64,000 nucleotides of DNA from Promethearchaeota archaeon (lineage in GTDB: Archaea > Asgardarchaeota > Lokiarchaeia > Sigyniarchaeales > SOKP01), in the NCBI GenBank assembly GCA_019058365.1, contig JAHPZE010000007.1:1-64000 (forward strand), given 5' to 3'. A program made the translations under genes and the position numbers. The notes beneath the pieces are model-generated. The model had not been told where the DNA came from, ran no database searches, and saw only the letters and a list, made by a program, of their open reading frames with translations. Below, in pieces: positions 62,073 through 64,000 of the stretch. Position 1 is the first letter of the stretch. Each line of letters starts with the position of its first letter.

Positions 62073-63020
62073 TTATTGGATAATCTGTAAAATCAGATTT
62101 TCCATTTGAGGTTTTGCTGCTTCAATTCTATCTAGAAGCGTTATAGTATGTTCTAAATTGGCTTCATCTTCTTCAACAATAAATAACAAGTAAAATTCTA
62201 AATTTCCAAAGTGGAGAACCTCAATTAAACCAGAAAACCTTTCTCCGCTTTTAAATTTATCTGAAAACTCGAGTAAAGTTCTATTCTCAGAAATTACACG
62301 CTTTTGCAACTCAATATATTTTTCATATATCTTTAATTTTTCCTGCAATTGGAGATGGGGTCTAAAATGCTCTCCTAAAGTTATACCTTTTGTATCAAAT
62401 AAAGCGATTAATATTGAGTTATAATTCTTGCTAATTTCTGAAAATAATTGTGATACCATCTCCATCTTTTCAAATAACATTGATAAACCGCTTGAAAAAG
62501 CATCCATAATTGATTTTATATCAAAAATAGTGGTTTCAAAAAAAAAGATGTCAAAATCATTAGAGTATCGTGTTAATGCTTGTTTTAAGGTAAGAATTCT
62601 TTTATTGATATCCTTATCATTAACTAGTTGAGGGTCGAATTTATGAAAAAGAATGCATATTGGCACGTATTCTTGTTCTTCTTTGAAGAAAAGTAGAACT
62701 TCCTCTAAATAATCTATTGATTCGATATATCGATTAAAATCTTGAGCATCTATAACATAAAGTAATAAGTCTGTTCCCATTAGATATTTCTCAGGGTGTT
62801 TTAAGTATTCTTCCCTATATTGTCTCTGTCCTCCAAAATCCATCCTGTTAAATTCAATACCAAGGAATCTGAATGAATCACGAGCAATTCTTCTTGTTGG
62901 CGTTAATTCAGCTATCTCTTCCTCAAAACCGAAGCGTTTTGTAATTGCCGTTATGATACTGGTTTTCCCTGCATTATCAAGACCCATTACGCCAATCTTT
63001 TTACTTATAAAAATCACCAA
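62073..63020 (-). CDS. Rag/Arf-like small GTPase with C-terminal roadblock/longin-like domain
   Basis: G1 GLDNAGKTS, G2 PT, G3 DFGGQ, G4 HKFD, G5 TTIF; about 140-aa C-terminal domain; start could be ATA 63008. Confidence 0.88.
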   Translation of the reverse strand: MVIFISKKIGVMGLDNAGKTSIITAITKRFGFEEEIAELTPTRRIARDSFRFLGIEFNRMDFGGQRQYREEYLKHPEKYLMGTDLLLYVIDAQDFNRYIESIDYLEEVLLFFKEEQEYVPICILFHKFDPQLVNDKDINKRILTLKQALTRYSNDFDIFFFETTIFDIKSIMDAFSSGLSMLFEKMEMVSQLFSEISKNYNSILIALFDTKGITLGEHFRPHLQLQEKLKIYEKYIELQKRVISENRTLLEFSDKFKSGERFSGLIEVLHFGNLEFYLLFIVEEDEANLEHTITLLDRIEAAKPQMENLILQIIQ

Positions 63021-63157
63021 ATCTAGATGATAAATAGTTTTTCATGAAGCGTCTTCTAAATTATTCAATATTAAGAACTATTAATAAATAATCGCTTTTT
63101 GTAAAAATATAATGATGATTTTAATATTTAAGCTTAACGTTTAAAAACGCAAAAAAT

Positions 63158-63439
63158 TCAGCCCCCTGCTAAAGCATAGGAAATATAGAGTTCATCTCCG
63201 TCATTAAGACTTGTTTTATAATTTTTGAGATATTTAATGTTTCTGCCATTCAATAAAATTAGAACCTGAGTATTAAACTGTTTTTTATTTTTATTTAATA
63301 ATCCATCATCGAGTTTATTTTTATGTTCATCTAAAAATTGAGAGATTATGTCTCCAACAGATTTTCCTTCATACTCTATAAATTTCTTGTTAATTCTAAG
63401 TTGGAAAATATTTAATAAACTTAATTTCACTTTAGCCAT
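63158..63439 (-). CDS. Ubiquitin-like MoaD/ThiS/SAMP protein
   Basis: ILLNGRNI, LNDGDE and C-terminal GG. Confidence 0.9.
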   Translation of the reverse strand: MAKVKLSLLNIFQLRINKKFIEYEGKSVGDIISQFLDEHKNKLDDGLLNKNKKQFNTQVLILLNGRNIKYLKNYKTSLNDGDELYISYALAGG

Positions 63440-63597
63440 AAAAATACACTTAAAGTACTAGAAATCTTTTATGTATTATTCATTTTAAGCATTTTCTTTA
63501 TTTTAATAAAAAAATATTGCTTTTAAGTTTATTTTTTATCAAAAATAGATCGATTGATTTATTAAGAGTGAATCTCTACAATTATTTTCCATAGTAT

Positions 63598-64000
63598 TCA
63601 AAAAAAGATAGTTATATTATAATTACCTATTATTTTTATTTGACCTGTTTTCAAATTATGTTCTTTAACTACAACATTACCTTTTTTATAAATATCTATT
63701 TCAAGAAATGTTTCATCAAATCTTTCAGGGTTAAGATTTCCACCATTAGAAAAAACAGTATAATCAATTTTCACATTGAAGGAGATACTTGGTGAACTAT
63801 TTAAACATAAGTCAATTTGCGAACGAGCAAACTGAGAAAGGACATCTCCTGAGTCTATTAATTCTGTTCTCCACACACTTAAAGGAGTAGGTATTAAACT
63901 ATGAAAACAACAAACCCCAAATATTTTTTGATGACTTAAGGATAGAACTTTTTCTATAAATTTGCCCATTCTCTTTCTTCCAATAAATCCGTCCGTAGAA
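63598..64000 (-). CDS. Hypothetical protein, probably 5'-truncated by the window edge
   Basis: The frame stays open upstream of ATG 63969 to the end of the window. Confidence 0.55.
   Translation of the reverse strand, partial: STDGFIGRKRMGKFIEKVLSLSHQKIFGVCCFHSLIPTPLSVWRTELIDSGDVLSQFARSQIDLCLNSSPSISFNVKIDYTVFSNGGNLNPERFDETFLEIDIYKKGNVVVKEHNLKTGQIKIIGNYNITIFF

Noticed and set aside
63112-63118. C/D box sRNA (ATGATGA)
   Set aside because: No D box (CTGA) at a suitable distance.
1-64000. Short antisense or nested ORFs in the track; CRISPR arrays, transposases, rRNA
   Set aside because: The short ORFs are shadows of well-supported genes. No repeat-spacer array, transposase or rRNA-like segment was seen. 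Further in-frame, stop-free micro-introns cannot be excluded by eye.

Overview
AT-rich archaeal chromosomal window, very likely from an Asgard archaeon (Lokiarchaeia-like). This is inferred from a gelsolin-domain protein, a Rag/Arf-like GTPase, HEAT-LRR proteins, a Bud23-like methyltransferase, eS25, a giant DUF2341/LamG surface protein and an HdrA/MvhD selenoprotein pair with a eukaryote-type SECIS. Main finding: two conserved metabolic genes look broken in the ORF track but each carries a tiny bulge-helix-bulge (BHB) intron inside a conserved active-site motif. The lsrF intron is 32 nt (554-585) and the AMP phosphorylase intron is 30 nt (32935-32964). Cutting after the 2nd nt of each 3-nt bulge, the archaeal tRNA-splicing rule, restores GVDMGRNIFQ and DKHSTGGVPG exactly. 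The tRNA-Ser(CGA) intron in the same window has the same architecture. This points to EndA/RtcB-type mRNA splicing in an Asgard archaeon. Other non-standard decoding: four in-frame UGA (Sec) codons across hdrA-mvhD with one visible 3' SECIS, and probable AUU/AUA start codons. Also present: a non-pyrrolysine MttB + corrinoid + homocysteine-methyltransferase operon, a form IV RuBisCO-like protein, AOR, a GH36 enzyme, a higher-GC FAD/Fe-S oxidoreductase cluster, a bacterial-like DUF4256 gene and two pseudogene remnants. All family calls come from motif recognition by eye; no searches were run.
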